Positions 43,501 through 53,308 of a DNA stretch of 59,137 nt are shown piece after piece. Every line of letters starts with the position of its first letter. Positions within the stretch are counted from its first letter, which is position 1. The stretch spans positions 1-59,137 of the IMG/VR virus record IMGVR_UViG_3300030102_005755; one strand, 5' to 3'. Under the pieces are notes generated by a model. The model searched no databases, had not been told where the DNA came from, and was given only the letters and a program-made list of their open reading frames with translations. Made by a program: the position numbers and the translations under genes. The DNA is from a virus. Taxonomy: Duplodnaviria > Caudoviricetes.

Positions 43501-45731
43501 ACGTAGATGCCGAACCTAGCTCTAGGTTTTCCGTTATCCTCAACTATTTGTGCTGGGCCATTCTGTGAATCTGGATGCTGACCTTGAGCTGCAGTCACCT
43601 CTTCGTTATACCCCTTGTCTCTAAACAGACCGAACTTTACAGTCGCTTTGTTTACAATAAAGAATCCTTTTACGATAGATGGGTCTTGAGAGGCTTCATC
43701 TGTTCTGTTGATAAAGTCTTCCGCATCTTCAGAAGAGTCTGCATCCTCACCAGAGATACCCCCGCCAACCTGTATTGTGGGGAAGCTCATTCTCTTCCCA
43801 GCAGTTGTAATCAGATTTGCAATTCCTGAAGTCTCTTTCGCACTTGATCCGTTGTTGAGACCAAGGTTTATATCGTAAGAAAGCTCTGCCTCTGTTGGGA
43901 ACACAATGTCTTCAGCAAAGGTGCTAAGCGAAGGGTCTTCACCGCCTTCAAGAATCATGGAGAACACCTCTGCAACCTGAGCTTTTGACAGCGGCGCCTT
44001 GGCTGTAAAGGAACACCGTATGGTAAATGCTCTCCCTTGAAGTATCAAAGGGTTTGCTGCACTTGTGCCAAAGTCAACCTGCTCAACATCGCCAATGCCT
44101 GAAGTCTCACTAAGCATGTCAAAGTATCTCCAACGAAACTTTATGACATCTTCGTCTATGTTGACTCCGTTAGAGCATACAGCTGGAACGGCAGTATTGT
44201 CACCAAATTGAGATCTGATAAAGCTGGCTCCGCTTTTTTCAGCGCTTTGCCACCAGTACCCCTTGGGATGACCTGTGAGATCTGACTCATCATCAACTAG
44301 CGCTGGTGATTCAGCATAATCAGGTATAGTTCCTATGCCAGACGCACTGTACCCATCGTTGTCAAAGTCTTCACCCATCTGGGGTGACTGATGATAAGAG
44401 TTTGTCGCGTCGTAGACGTGAAAGTTCTGCTTTGGATTTACAGTGAAGCTAAAAGAGACAAAGGACCCAGCATCTACTGGGCCATCCAAACCGCTGCAAT
44501 CAAGCGTGAATCCAATGTTTTTGTTCTGGGCTCCAGAACCAGAGTACTCAGACTCAGAGGGTGCCACGCTGGGGATCACCTCTATCTCAAACGACTTAAA
44601 GTCTTCGGGCCTCTCTGAAACTATTGGACTGATAGTTGATGACAAATCCACGTTGTCAAATCCATCTACGTAGTTTCCGTAAACAAGCCTGTTGTCTATA
44701 ATAGTTTGAGCCTCAGCTCTTTTTGGCAGGTTGTCAAAAGGCTTTGACTGAGTGTCCTTGTCTATTGCAGAGTTCACAGAATCGTTCAAGAACCTGTACT
44801 CTATCTCCTCACCCTCGTAAGGCAACTCCTTGATGAGAAAGAAAGAACCCTTGTTTCCTCGTCTGGCCAAAAGCTTTACCCTCTCTACCTCACTAGACAT
44901 GTCGTCATTTGGAATGACAAGGTCTATTGCATTGTAGGAGTTGAGCAAAGAGATGTCGCTTTGACCAGAGTACTGCAGGTAACCAGGGGGGACAAAGATC
45001 TTAGAGTAAGATGATATAGCTGACTCAAAGCCATCCTTGTATACGTTCTGATATGCGAATTGGAATCCTTCTATCTCAAGGAACTCGTTCTGATCAAACC
45101 CTGTTTCGTTTTCAAACCCCCCAGCTTCAGAGTCGATAGAGGGCACAATACGATTCACTGGTGTCTTAGGGCACGCCAGTATAAAATCCTCTATCTCATC
45201 GTCGTTGTAGTCACCTACAATAGCTCTAAGGACGTTGAGTTTCTTTGGTTCAGAGTTGTTGTCTGTAAAGAATATATACGGGACGTCAATGTAATCCTTC
45301 TCCGCGACTACGCTTTTTCTTTGAATGTATGTGATGTCAGCCTTTACAAACCCATTGTAGTCAAACTTCAAGATGGGATGGCTAAACACCTTAAGTATGG
45401 CGTTGCCTCCTGCGCTGTTGGGGAGATACCCTGTCGGGTCATAAGCATATACACCGCCGTCTCCGTTGGCTTCGTAGACAAAGAAGTAGGCTATGTCGTA
45501 CTTGTTGCACAGGACCTTTCCAACAACAACCTTCTCTGAATCTCCAAACTCCGTGAACCCCTGATCGAGAGGAACGTTTGACTTCACTGGCTTTATCACG
45601 CCACCGTTTCCACCCTCTCCTTCTGTATTTTCTGATACGTTGATATTAAGGGCGTCCGACATAGAGTCAGCGCCCAGGATTCTAGAGTCAACAGATTTGT
45701 TGAGCTTTCGGGGAAACCTCTTCTCGATCAT
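40596..45731 (-). CDS. Tail nozzle/stabilization protein (P22 gp10-like role)
   Basis: LNKSVDSR...DALNI, FFTDNNSEPKKLNV, NRLVYGNYVDG, GVVFYDERGR, KDLP..FGDI, YGC..NPES, GGYDPY. Confidence 0.8.
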   Translation of the reverse strand: MIEKRFPRKLNKSVDSRILGADSMSDALNINVSENTEGEGGNGGVIKPVKSNVPLDQGFTEFGDSEKVVVGKVLCNKYDIAYFFVYEANGDGGVYAYDPTGYLPNSAGGNAILKVFSHPILKFDYNGFVKADITYIQRKSVVAEKDYIDVPYIFFTDNNSEPKKLNVLRAIVGDYNDDEIEDFILACPKTPVNRIVPSIDSEAGGFENETGFDQNEFLEIEGFQFAYQNVYKDGFESAISSYSKIFVPPGYLQYSGQSDISLLNSYNAIDLVIPNDDMSSEVERVKLLARRGNKGSFFLIKELPYEGEEIEYRFLNDSVNSAIDKDTQSKPFDNLPKRAEAQTIIDNRLVYGNYVDGFDNVDLSSTISPIVSERPEDFKSFEIEVIPSVAPSESEYSGSGAQNKNIGFTLDCSGLDGPVDAGSFVSFSFTVNPKQNFHVYDATNSYHQSPQMGEDFDNDGYSASGIGTIPDYAESPALVDDESDLTGHPKGYWWQSAEKSGASFIRSQFGDNTAVPAVCSNGVNIDEDVIKFRWRYFDMLSETSGIGDVEQVDFGTSAANPLILQGRAFTIRCSFTAKAPLSKAQVAEVFSMILEGGEDPSLSTFAEDIVFPTEAELSYDINLGLNNGSSAKETSGIANLITTAGKRMSFPTIQVGGGISGEDADSSEDAEDFINRTDEASQDPSIVKGFFIVNKATVKFGLFRDKGYNEEVTAAQGQHPDSQNGPAQIVEDNGKPRARFGIYVKEVSLPDEENAILSCMRRPVQGARWWFFAPYNLEEGDTSPLLPGVDFREYSLFPFISPDNGLPQGGLQVNPGFAAALGHNVDNDAAPQDSIGTTFGIQVSMPGTGQIISITEENMFRKVDGSPFFAPWKTVLGGLHYTSEYVDAVTNRGESVVFFKGESPEGKSLYTLMDGAGGPGGGGIDENSVYDTYALHGLLGPNLDDYGVGIGSVGSVGLFGISRSDQDAGDLVFPGLYGPGIDNNIVLGSDPESDAKFPAVQHSGDDFLTDNNDYSIGSPILRQTSLPFIHLGTGSFNTTNPAIGQSFIQAFLRKEHFSEDFAFFSDPNLFETQISNPDGVNNILFLIEPGSGGSQSFKAGANHAFGVVFYDERGRCSEVNPIGSMYVPWFGERDSPQNTGPVESVSITLAGEVPDGATSFRFVYSGNTTMSRFVQYSSGGAFVTPGNADTDSGNIFVSLNHLQGHPISFSKAKGARSVEGAQDVYTYREGDRLRIISHFNTQNNRVFAGSEYEFNVVDQRFLNDGTDNPLYDVEQDGELPHPSKVGPFLVLENNPQATDFTADVIKLGENNPDSTTHAWNKRCVFEVYSPRKSADEESLVYYEIGPVYPITEFEQEKILKGGDVWFKTEAMNFQKVEGGNFVSLISEDEATSNFFPYNIESQVFSTKVSNSDVWGQGKIKLVAPNIQESRKEASITFSDKNNPISKINTITSFNPVKGQFKDLPSEFGDINYLINNDDSIFVIQSSRCSSVPVNRNIITDGGGGESLVAAKSVLGTERYYAGNYGCDDNPESVCDIGNTVYFASKGARQVYKFNPSSGIQVISEVGMKTFFKDLFEKAEADELEGMGEIKVVGGYDPYEDTYILSVYNQPIIIEEVVEEDDTSEEDDTTTVDDDTSGETGGDTTDTGDDTTEEDTSEDDVTDEDAGEDDSSGGGGNTGGDAFPGGFDPDLGGVGGLVLPDDPGDILDIITY

Positions 45732-46585
45732 TAGTACTTAGGAACAAGTTTGAAGTTCTTTCTTGTGATTCTCATAGCCTCCTCCTTAGAGAAGTTGCTG
45801 AGTCTTCTGTTGGCCTTTCTTCTCTCGTTGTAGTATTCAGCCCTGGCTCTTGCCTTTTCATTGGCAGGCACAGTGGACTTTCTCTCGCAGAGCTTGTAAT
45901 AGATGTAGGCCCTCAAAGACTCCTCCGCGTATACGTGTATAACGGGGTTAGTGGATCGTGCTTCATCGGCGACGTATTCCATGACCAAGCTGTCGAAAGA
46001 CTCGTTTGTATCGACTTCAATTCTGTTCTGGTCAAGGTTGAGTCTATATTCTCCTGGCATGTGTCCACCTCCCACTCCGTAGAGTCTACCAATGGAACCG
46101 TTGAATAGATAATTTTCAAACACATAGTAGTCTACATCTTCTGCGCTATCCAAGTTCTCAGACGTTGAGCCCTTGTCGTCCTGCCTGTTGTTTATTAGGT
46201 TGGCCTCTATGTTCAAAGGTCCTTCCTCGCTGTCTGACGTAGACAGAGGGGTGGTCACCTTTCTTGAGTAGTTGATGTTTTTGTTTTCACCAAACACCCT
46301 AAGTATTCCGTGGGTGTCAACGATACCAAGCTTCAGTATCCCAACGAAATCGTCAGGCAAGGCTATGGTATTGTTGGTCGTGTCAAGGTCAAGCTTGATG
46401 CTTTTGATCCTGCTAACAACATCGAACCCAAGCTCTCGTATACCTCTCAGGGCATGATTCCTCAAGGCAGCGTCTGATGCGTTGGCCGTAAAGTCGTCAG
46501 CATCATTCGTTATCTTAAAGTCATTGATCACCTGGCTTAGAGGTACGTAGTTCATACCTGAAGCCGAAACGTCTTGATAAGCCAT
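45731..46585 (-). CDS. Tail tubular/ring protein
   Basis: HALRGIRELGFDV, LPDDFV, MEYVAD, VIHVYAEESLRAYI, A.RRLSN. Confidence 0.75.
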   Translation of the reverse strand: MAYQDVSASGMNYVPLSQVINDFKITNDADDFTANASDAALRNHALRGIRELGFDVVSRIKSIKLDLDTTNNTIALPDDFVGILKLGIVDTHGILRVFGENKNINYSRKVTTPLSTSDSEEGPLNIEANLINNRQDDKGSTSENLDSAEDVDYYVFENYLFNGSIGRLYGVGGGHMPGEYRLNLDQNRIEVDTNESFDSLVMEYVADEARSTNPVIHVYAEESLRAYIYYKLCERKSTVPANEKARARAEYYNERRKANRRLSNFSKEEAMRITRKNFKLVPKY

Positions 46586-47343
46586 TAGCTCGCTTGGGTT
46601 TGTCCAAACTGAACAAGAGCTGTGTCTCTGAGTCTAATGCCTATCATCTTGCACAGCTCAGAAATCAACACACCCTTGAACTTTTCGGGAAGGTCAAAAT
46701 CTCTAGAGTCTCTTATGCTCGGCGTGTAGAACCCATCTGGCTGCAAAGACGTGACAGAAATCCTTGGTGACGATGTCTCGTCAAGATCTCCTCGAAGTAT
46801 GCTACCGTCATTGGCGACATATCTTGACGACGGCTGTCTGTAGTAGCTCATGATGACGCTTCCTACATCCGTGGGGAAGACCTCTATATTTCTAGACACG
46901 AGCGCTACAGGGAAGGATTCAGTAGGAGCAGACAGGTTGCTAGACAGAATGTGAGACATCTGGTCTGGCCTATACACAAGCTCAATGGGAGTCCTTTCAT
47001 CGCCCTCTACCCTCATGGAGATGAGCTTGTAGAAGTTGAAAGGCTTTGAGAACAAGTTGGCATCACCAGTAATACTTGGCTCATTTGCTGTAAGCAGAAT
47101 AGAGTCCTGGATGTACTCTGACAAATCGTCTTCAACGCCCCTGTATATAGACTCTCCTGCCCCTGGGTCTCTCTGAGACAACCTCAATGCTTTGGAAGTA
47201 ACTAAGCCCTGGAAAAGCCCCTCAAAAACATTCTGTTGAGCCACCTCAGCAAAGGAGTTAAAGACTGATGGCGCAACAAAACCCTTCTGATCCTTGTTGG
47301 CCAGATCCCTAACTGCGTTAAATACTTCTATTACGCTGATCAT
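46585..47343 (-). CDS. Head-tail adaptor/ring protein
   Basis: ISV..V...V..LANKDQKG...P..FN.FA..AQ; start reassigned to ATG 47343. Confidence 0.7.
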   Translation of the reverse strand: MISVIEVFNAVRDLANKDQKGFVAPSVFNSFAEVAQQNVFEGLFQGLVTSKALRLSQRDPGAGESIYRGVEDDLSEYIQDSILLTANEPSITGDANLFSKPFNFYKLISMRVEGDERTPIELVYRPDQMSHILSSNLSAPTESFPVALVSRNIEVFPTDVGSVIMSYYRQPSSRYVANDGSILRGDLDETSSPRISVTSLQPDGFYTPSIRDSRDFDLPEKFKGVLISELCKMIGIRLRDTALVQFGQTQAS

Positions 47344-47347
47344 ACAG

Positions 47348-47355
47348 CAAATATA
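47348..47355 (-). promoter_or_regulatory. -7 element TATATTTG, 4 nt before ATG 47343
   Basis: Consensus match, immediately after a terminator. Confidence 0.6.
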
Positions 47356-47356
47356 C

Positions 47357-47385
47357 AAAAAGAAAAAGGCCCCTTTCGGGGCCTT
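47357..47385 (-). terminator. Intrinsic terminator ending the capsid operon
   Basis: AAGGCCCC-GAAA-GGGGCCTT followed by TTTCTTTTT on the minus strand. Confidence 0.85.
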
Positions 47386-47388
47386 CCT

Positions 47389-48228
47389 TTATGCTAGACG
47401 CTCAAGCCGATCTTCTATATCGGCAAGGACGGTAGATCCTTTCTCCGTGAGGCAGAACCTCGTCAAAACGTCCGTTGGGTCTTGCCCGACTGGTACTGAA
47501 ACGATCTGCGTGTTTGAATCAAACCACTTACAGGCGCTTCTATCAAGTTTAATTATCTGATAATCAGCCGCTTGTTTAATTACAGCGCGGGTCCTGACTG
47601 TCGGAGAATCAAAGGATTCGATAAATTCTTTTGGCTTACTCTTTGCGATTCGCAAAAGGTTGTGTCTAATCTCTGCTGTAGGAGCGTTGATGTTCACCTT
47701 GAAGTACAAAGCAACAGAGAGGAGATCTGTAATCTCCTTGTCTCTAACCAAGGCCACGGCATCTGTAACAAGAAACTCTTGAGCAAGCTCTTTCTCTGCG
47801 CTTACCTTCTTGTTTACCTCTCTGAACTTATTGCCTCCATTGGCTTGATTGCCTGGATGCAGCTCCAAAAACTTGCGGAGGTTAGGTTGGTTGTTGTCAA
47901 CAAAGAGTCTTCCGTTCCTAAAGATAACAGACTTCTTTACAGCCTTGTCGCCCTGCTCGTCACTCCAAATAGAGTTTTCGTTGGGGCAGTATCTGAGTTC
48001 TCGAACGCTGTCTGTAGCCTTGTCGTACACGGTTTCGCCCTGCTGAGGCAACATGTACACAATGCCTCCCCCGTCAATAACCTCAAACTCCTTTCTTTGA
48101 TTGGGGTTTTCGTTGCGAAGGATGGGTGGCTTTTTTGCAACAGTTCTTTTTGCCACTGGCGCCTCCAGCACCGCTGTTTCCTGGTTCTTTTTAGGACGAC
48201 CAGGTGCCCTTCTAGCTTGTTGTGCCAT
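47389..48228 (-). CDS. Conserved virion-module protein
   Basis: RELRYCPNENSIWSDEQ...FRNGRL...FLELHP; typical gene downstream of the capsid gene. Confidence 0.75.
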   Translation of the reverse strand: MAQQARRAPGRPKKNQETAVLEAPVAKRTVAKKPPILRNENPNQRKEFEVIDGGGIVYMLPQQGETVYDKATDSVRELRYCPNENSIWSDEQGDKAVKKSVIFRNGRLFVDNNQPNLRKFLELHPGNQANGGNKFREVNKKVSAEKELAQEFLVTDAVALVRDKEITDLLSVALYFKVNINAPTAEIRHNLLRIAKSKPKEFIESFDSPTVRTRAVIKQAADYQIIKLDRSACKWFDSNTQIVSVPVGQDPTDVLTRFCLTEKGSTVLADIEDRLERLA

Positions 48229-48231
48229 AAA

Positions 48232-49533
48232 TTAAATTTTATATAGGTTAAATAAATCAGTTGCTAAGGTACTACATGCCGCAGAACCAATGTCTTTTTC
48301 AATCACACCGAAGCGTGCTACGTTCCCATTGAATGATCCCGTGGTCAGATTGCCAACTGTGCCAAGTCTTTCAATGACAAGATCACCATCCGTTCTATGG
48401 TTTGTTGCGTCTGTTACGCTACCAGTAACTGCAGGTGCAAATGCAATTAGATCACCGTTTCGGTTGTAGACAAACAACCCGTTCTTCACGTCTCTCCTGA
48501 TAACAAATACTTGTAGGTGCTCAGGATACGCTGGGCCAGACCCAAACGTGGGAAAATCCCAAGCTCGGGTTCCGTCAGAAGAGGAGCCAGTTTTTGCAAT
48601 GGCTGGAAGTCCTTTTCTGTCTTTGTGCCTGAAGGCGACTGTGCTTTTAAGATTAGTCCCATGAGACACCACATCTCCGTTTGCGTTCGTGTTGTACTTA
48701 CCAATAAACGGTCCGAATGTGCCTGTATCTGCACTTCCGTAGATAGGCGTTGTGTTTGCTGTGTTGTGGAAGCTAAAGACAACGTATGCAGTATAAGCAC
48801 CCTCTGCTGTGTATGTAGGAATTACAAAGTGGTCGGCCTCAGTAAATTGAGCATAGTCCTTGGACATGGCAACTTTGGGCGCACCCCCTCCAGTAAACTT
48901 CTTTGGGGCGCCAACATTTGCGGCAATGTTGTAAGAAGACCCGCCTGTCCCTGCGTTAGCCCAAGATGATATCTCGGTATTATTAGACACACCTGAGATC
49001 CCTTCGTGATTGAAGTCAAGGGCTGGCTTGTTGGCCTCAATGCCAAAATCAATACCTCCGATTGATGTAGATGCTACATCAACACCAGCTGTCCCAGAGG
49101 TTCCAATAAATGTCTGTGTGCTAATCTCGCCAGTCACCCTTTTGACAGGGTTGATGCGAACCTTTGCGTTAAAGCCTGAGTCAAAAAAAACGTTTGAGAA
49201 CGTGGACTCTGACTCTACTGCGTCAAACTTCATGACGCCTTTTCCTCCGTCACGAGAAATAAATGAAAGAATGGATTCGATCAGCTCTGTCTCCTTACCC
49301 TCTTCGCAAGAGATTGTAACTGATGTCTTTTCAAAAGACTCTCCGTCTGTGAGATTGCTCTCCTCGTACTTCGAAGCTCCGTTCAAGTACATGATGACGT
49401 TCCCCACCCCAGCTGTAACAAATGCCAAGCTGTCGGCTGGTAATCCTATGACACTGAGCCCTTGCCCTGTGTCTGATGAGTCTACGCTACCTGCGTTGAC
49501 CTCTTCCTTTCTAAATAAAAAGAATTTCTTCAT
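48232..49533 (-). CDS. Virion protein with C-terminal LamG-like domain
   Basis: Start MKKFFLFR; YTAYVVF...FVIRRD...FNGNVARFGVI. Confidence 0.7.
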   Translation of the reverse strand: MKKFFLFRKEEVNAGSVDSSDTGQGLSVIGLPADSLAFVTAGVGNVIMYLNGASKYEESNLTDGESFEKTSVTISCEEGKETELIESILSFISRDGGKGVMKFDAVESESTFSNVFFDSGFNAKVRINPVKRVTGEISTQTFIGTSGTAGVDVASTSIGGIDFGIEANKPALDFNHEGISGVSNNTEISSWANAGTGGSSYNIAANVGAPKKFTGGGAPKVAMSKDYAQFTEADHFVIPTYTAEGAYTAYVVFSFHNTANTTPIYGSADTGTFGPFIGKYNTNANGDVVSHGTNLKSTVAFRHKDRKGLPAIAKTGSSSDGTRAWDFPTFGSGPAYPEHLQVFVIRRDVKNGLFVYNRNGDLIAFAPAVTGSVTDATNHRTDGDLVIERLGTVGNLTTGSFNGNVARFGVIEKDIGSAACSTLATDLFNLYKI

Positions 49534-49534
49534 T

Positions 49535-49573
49535 CGAGAAATAAAAGGGGGGAAGAGCCATTCCCTACCCCCC
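49535..49573 (-). terminator. Possible intrinsic terminator
   Basis: GGGGGG...CCCCCC followed by TTTTATTT on the minus strand. Confidence 0.5.
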
Positions 49574-49581
49574 AATTACAA

Positions 49582-49935
49582 TTAGGCCACTGTTGAATTA
49601 CCAGTTGTCCCGAGTGGGAGGAAGCCAATGTCTTCGTTTACGTAAAGAAACGAACCGTAGTCATCCTGCTCAATGGTAACTTCATTCATGTTAGAGCCTG
49701 GGAATGGATTTGGCTCAAGGGTAACCTTGAGGGATCCAGATCCAGCATCGTTAGCAACAACGATGACAGTTCCCGCGTCAACATTAACACCAGACGGTGC
49801 TTTCAATGTAAACGCACCAGTCATTTTGATTCTGCTAGTCAAGCCATTCCAAAACTCTCCAGCCCCGATGTCTTGCTTAGCATCATCCTTTGCGATCAAG
49901 AATGCGTTCTTTTCTGAAAATTTTCCTCCAGCCAT
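49582..49935 (-). CDS. Small capsid-associated protein
   Basis: MAGGKFSEKNAF...; directly after the major capsid gene. Confidence 0.65.
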   Translation of the reverse strand: MAGGKFSEKNAFLIAKDDAKQDIGAGEFWNGLTSRIKMTGAFTLKAPSGVNVDAGTVIVVANDAGSGSLKVTLEPNPFPGSNMNEVTIEQDDYGSFLYVNEDIGFLPLGTTGNSTVA

Positions 49936-49962
49936 GATTAAAGGTATTATGAAGATCAGAGC

Positions 49963-49980
49963 GAGAGCCCGAAGGCTCTC
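49963..49980 (-). other. UUCG-tetraloop hairpin after the major capsid gene
   Basis: GAGAGCC-TTCG-GGCTCTC without a U-tract; likely mRNA stabiliser or pause site. Confidence 0.6.
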
Positions 49981-49999
49981 ACCCGTCACCTCAGGTTTA

Positions 50000-51424
50000 T
50001 TATCCCTCGATCAAGACGTGCTGGTTCGCAGCGCGGGTGATCAAGTTGATCTCAGAGCGGTAGTGGAAAGTCATAACGTCCTTACCAGCGTCGCCGTTGG
50101 TGTGACCCATGATTCCGCCACCAGTTACCCAGTGCTCCATTTCACGGCTGTAGCCATTAGAAGCCTTGTAGTTCATCTCCAACGCAGGAGCCTTAGCACC
50201 TGAGCGTGGGTCAACAACTTGGGTCATTGGGCACATAGCACCCTGGATCTTGGTTGACGCACCAGCCAAAGTTGGATCGTTCAACAATTTCCAATCGTGC
50301 TTGTGGAAGGTGTAACCACCGCGAGTGAATGACTTAAAGCCCAGCTGCACAGCCAAGTCAGCGTCGTTGTTGAACGCGCCAAACTGACCAGCCAAACCAG
50401 CAGTCACTTGAGTAGCGATACCTGCAGCCAACATGTCGTCGATAGCGAGGTCTTGCTTTCTGTTCAAGTACATAGCGTACTCGGCAGGAGCGCCTTGCTT
50501 ATCCAACTCGATGATGATGTCGTCAAAGTTAGAGAGGGTCAAAGGAGCTGCGTTAGCACCAGTAACAACCAAACCTCTGTCCTTGAGAGCTGCGAAGTAA
50601 CCCTCAGAGCCAGCGATACCCTGCTTGGAGCTGGCGTCTCCGTCGTGCAATTCGCTGTAGAGCATCATCATCTCTCTGCGATCCTCAAAGCGCTTGCGAG
50701 CCTCCTGCTCACCGTACATGAACCATCTGTAGTCACCGTTGCCGATGTTGATGTAGCCCACGTTGGTGGCCTGAGAACCATTCACTTGGTAGCGATCCTT
50801 AATGATCATGAATGGGTTCTTCTTACGAACCACGTCTGGCTGCATGAAGTGCTCAGGCTGATCGGTTCCTTGTCCGTAAATATTGCCGAGAACGACAAAC
50901 TCTTGAGTTCCAGAGAAACCATCATCAGCGTTACTAAGAGCGTCCCCGTCCAAACGAGCCAAAGTAATAGCGTTGGAATCATCCGTTCTGTCATCGTCCA
51001 CCACAATGTAGCGAACACCAGTGTTGGTATTCATGATTACATCACGAGTCTGGCAGAACTTAGATGTGGCAGGGTCAACGACATCTCCGTCAGATCCTTC
51101 AGCAGTGATAGCGAACGCAGCAGTATCACCCGTACCTGGAGAAGCAGTTGCTTGAAGGGTAAGGGTTCTGTGACGACGACCCTCCTCGTAGTATTCGATT
51201 TGGTCGGCAGCACCTGCGTTGTTGACAGCGCCAGTGAGCTTCAAGAAGCCAGTAATACCTTGGTCGCCATAAGACTTGACCAACAGTTCACGAACTTCAG
51301 GTTTGTTGACTTGAGACCCAGCGGTCAACAAGTCATTCAGAGAAGAATACTTCTCTGGGGAAAGTCTAAAATTGGGGTTTGCACCTGTAGCGGTTGCTGG
51401 TCCCAATGAGCTAGAAGTAGCCAT
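50000..51424 (-). CDS. Major capsid protein
   Basis: 474 aa; YGDQGITGFL, IIKDRYQVNGS, RKRFEDRRE, GSEGYF, LGFKSFTRGGYTFHKHDW, HYRSE; follows a scaffold-like gene. Confidence 0.85.
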   Translation of the reverse strand: MATSSSLGPATATGANPNFRLSPEKYSSLNDLLTAGSQVNKPEVRELLVKSYGDQGITGFLKLTGAVNNAGAADQIEYYEEGRRHRTLTLQATASPGTGDTAAFAITAEGSDGDVVDPATSKFCQTRDVIMNTNTGVRYIVVDDDRTDDSNAITLARLDGDALSNADDGFSGTQEFVVLGNIYGQGTDQPEHFMQPDVVRKKNPFMIIKDRYQVNGSQATNVGYINIGNGDYRWFMYGEQEARKRFEDRREMMMLYSELHDGDASSKQGIAGSEGYFAALKDRGLVVTGANAAPLTLSNFDDIIIELDKQGAPAEYAMYLNRKQDLAIDDMLAAGIATQVTAGLAGQFGAFNNDADLAVQLGFKSFTRGGYTFHKHDWKLLNDPTLAGASTKIQGAMCPMTQVVDPRSGAKAPALEMNYKASNGYSREMEHWVTGGGIMGHTNGDAGKDVMTFHYRSEINLITRAANQHVLIEG

Positions 51425-51430
51425 AGTTTC

Positions 51431-52507
51431 TTAGATTTTGAAAGTCATGCGACCTCCGTCTCCCATGATTTGTTTTAGTTGGGAAATGACAGGGTCAGCA
51501 TCTTGATTAGTCTGTCCGACCTGCGGTGTCTGGGCCTGGACATTGGCTGCCTTATCTACTATGCCGCGCTGACCATCGCTCATGCCTTGTCTGTAAGCAG
51601 ACGAAACAATGGTGTCGATGTTGTCAATCACGGCTCTGTGAGAAGAGAGCATGTCGTAATCCCAGCTACCATCCTCTCGGACGTAAGGATCAAAGTACTC
51701 GTCGAGTCGAGAGTTCTTGTCAACGAGCTGAGCCTTGTATTCATCATTCAGACCAAACGTAAAGGTCTTGTCATTGCCCAGGTCAAATTCTAGACCTGTC
51801 ATTGCGTCAACCTCCTTGGTCATGTTGTTGATCCAAGTCTCATCAAACATGTCCTCGCTTGCATTGCTAACTTCTGGCGCAGCATACTTAGACCGCATCG
51901 TCTCGATACTAGCCTTAGCTTTTTGCGCATCAATCTTCATTTGAAGCTTAGACAGCTGCACCTCTTCCTCCGAGTGGAGGTCGGGGTCCAACTTGTATTT
52001 GCTGCCAACGAGAGTGTTGATCTCTTGTGATGTCAGATTGGGGTACTCAGTAGCCAGATTCACACGGATAGCGGTAGCATCATCCATCTCGGATGGGTCT
52101 AACCGCTGGTATGAAAACCAGTCTTCTGGAGATCGCCCTGTCTCTGCTACAAATTTAGAGATGGCTTCAACTCTCTCGTCAAGAGCTGTGGTTTGAGGTT
52201 GAGACAAAGAATCGAAGTCTGAGATTTCTCTACCCAGCCTCTCGCTTAGGTAATTGAGAACTGCAGTCTCGACGTCTTCGCCATCAAACTCTTGTGTTTC
52301 TTGTTGTGTTTGCTCAGCCTGAACCTGTGGTTCTGCTGGAGCAGCGTCTGGGTCAACATACGGGGTGTCCTGAACAGGTTCTTCAACTTGCTCTTGCACC
52401 TCCTCTTGGACTGGAGCTTCAGCTTGAGCCTGAGCTTCACGGTCCATACTTGCTTGCAACTCCTCAGGTGAGGACGCAATCTCAAAGTTTGTGATGTTTT
52501 CTTCCAT
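51431..52507 (-). CDS. Capsid scaffolding-like protein
   Basis: Acidic Glu/Gln-rich N-terminus, ETGRSPEDW, YRQGMSD; upstream of the capsid gene. Confidence 0.7.
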   Translation of the reverse strand: MEENITNFEIASSPEELQASMDREAQAQAEAPVQEEVQEQVEEPVQDTPYVDPDAAPAEPQVQAEQTQQETQEFDGEDVETAVLNYLSERLGREISDFDSLSQPQTTALDERVEAISKFVAETGRSPEDWFSYQRLDPSEMDDATAIRVNLATEYPNLTSQEINTLVGSKYKLDPDLHSEEEVQLSKLQMKIDAQKAKASIETMRSKYAAPEVSNASEDMFDETWINNMTKEVDAMTGLEFDLGNDKTFTFGLNDEYKAQLVDKNSRLDEYFDPYVREDGSWDYDMLSSHRAVIDNIDTIVSSAYRQGMSDGQRGIVDKAANVQAQTPQVGQTNQDADPVISQLKQIMGDGGRMTFKI

Positions 52508-52532
52508 CTTAAATTAAATTATTGATTATCAA

Positions 52533-52907
52533 TTACTTGTAGTACGCGAGCACCGAAGCCTGACCAGAGGCAGGAGTGCTAACAACGGTGAAGTCACCGT
52601 AAACCGTTTGACCAACTGCCAAAGCAATAGTAGTCTTTTCGGTAGGGATTTTTTCGTAGAAGCCAGTTGCATCGCCGTTTGCCGCAGCTTCGTCAACGTA
52701 AGCCTGACCAGTAGAGGGGTCGATATACTTGACTACGTCTGAGGCGGAGGCCGCATCAATGTTTACATACTCAAATCTTCCACCACCCTGAACTTCAATG
52801 TTGCCAGCTACATAGCAAGTAATAGCATAGAAGCTTTCTGTTGCGGTGGCTGAAGCTTCGTTTATGTCGTAGAACCCCTTGGGAAATGATTGTGTTGGGT
52901 GTGCCAT
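52533..52907 (-). CDS. Small virion protein
   Basis: GQTVYGDFT...VLAY C-terminus; beta-rich. Confidence 0.65.
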   Translation of the reverse strand: MAHPTQSFPKGFYDINEASATATESFYAITCYVAGNIEVQGGGRFEYVNIDAASASDVVKYIDPSTGQAYVDEAAANGDATGFYEKIPTEKTTIALAVGQTVYGDFTVVSTPASGQASVLAYYK

Positions 52908-52909
52908 AA

Positions 52910-53308
52910 TTATCCAAGTTTAGCTTGTGTATCGTCCACACCGAAAGAGCCGTACTCAATCATCTGACCTGACTTGGTGCCGTACACCTTAAGGTCGATA
53001 GCTGGGTTGGCTGGTATAAACGCAAACTCACCACCGCCAACTTTAGCGACAGTGGTGGCGCCTGTGTAGATATAAACGTAGTTCTCCTTTTCAGGATCAA
53101 GATTGCACAAGTAGACGTAGGCTACATCCGTTTTGTCGTTGGCCTTGGCAATAGTGACATCCCCAGAACTTCCCAAGCTTACGCTTGTAACCTTAGACCT
53201 TATCGAGTGGCCTGAGTCGGCAACACCAGTAAAGGACTTTACAAGGTTGATAGCATAAGAGAGAGCATTCTGACTACTAAAAGAGAAAGATGCTTTGATG
53301 CTAGACAT
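52910..53308 (-). CDS. Small beta-rich virion protein, paralog of 53308..53703
   Basis: AYVYLCN...GGEFAFIP...IEY. Confidence 0.7.
   Translation of the reverse strand: MSSIKASFSFSSQNALSYAINLVKSFTGVADSGHSIRSKVTSVSLGSSGDVTIAKANDKTDVAYVYLCNLDPEKENYVYIYTGATTVAKVGGGEFAFIPANPAIDLKVYGTKSGQMIEYGSFGVDDTQAKLG

Noticed and set aside
47572-51409. Long plus-strand ORFs 47572..48246, 49010..49585, 49673..50203 and 50408..51409
   Set aside because: Antisense shadows of capsid-module genes, with unprotein-like composition.
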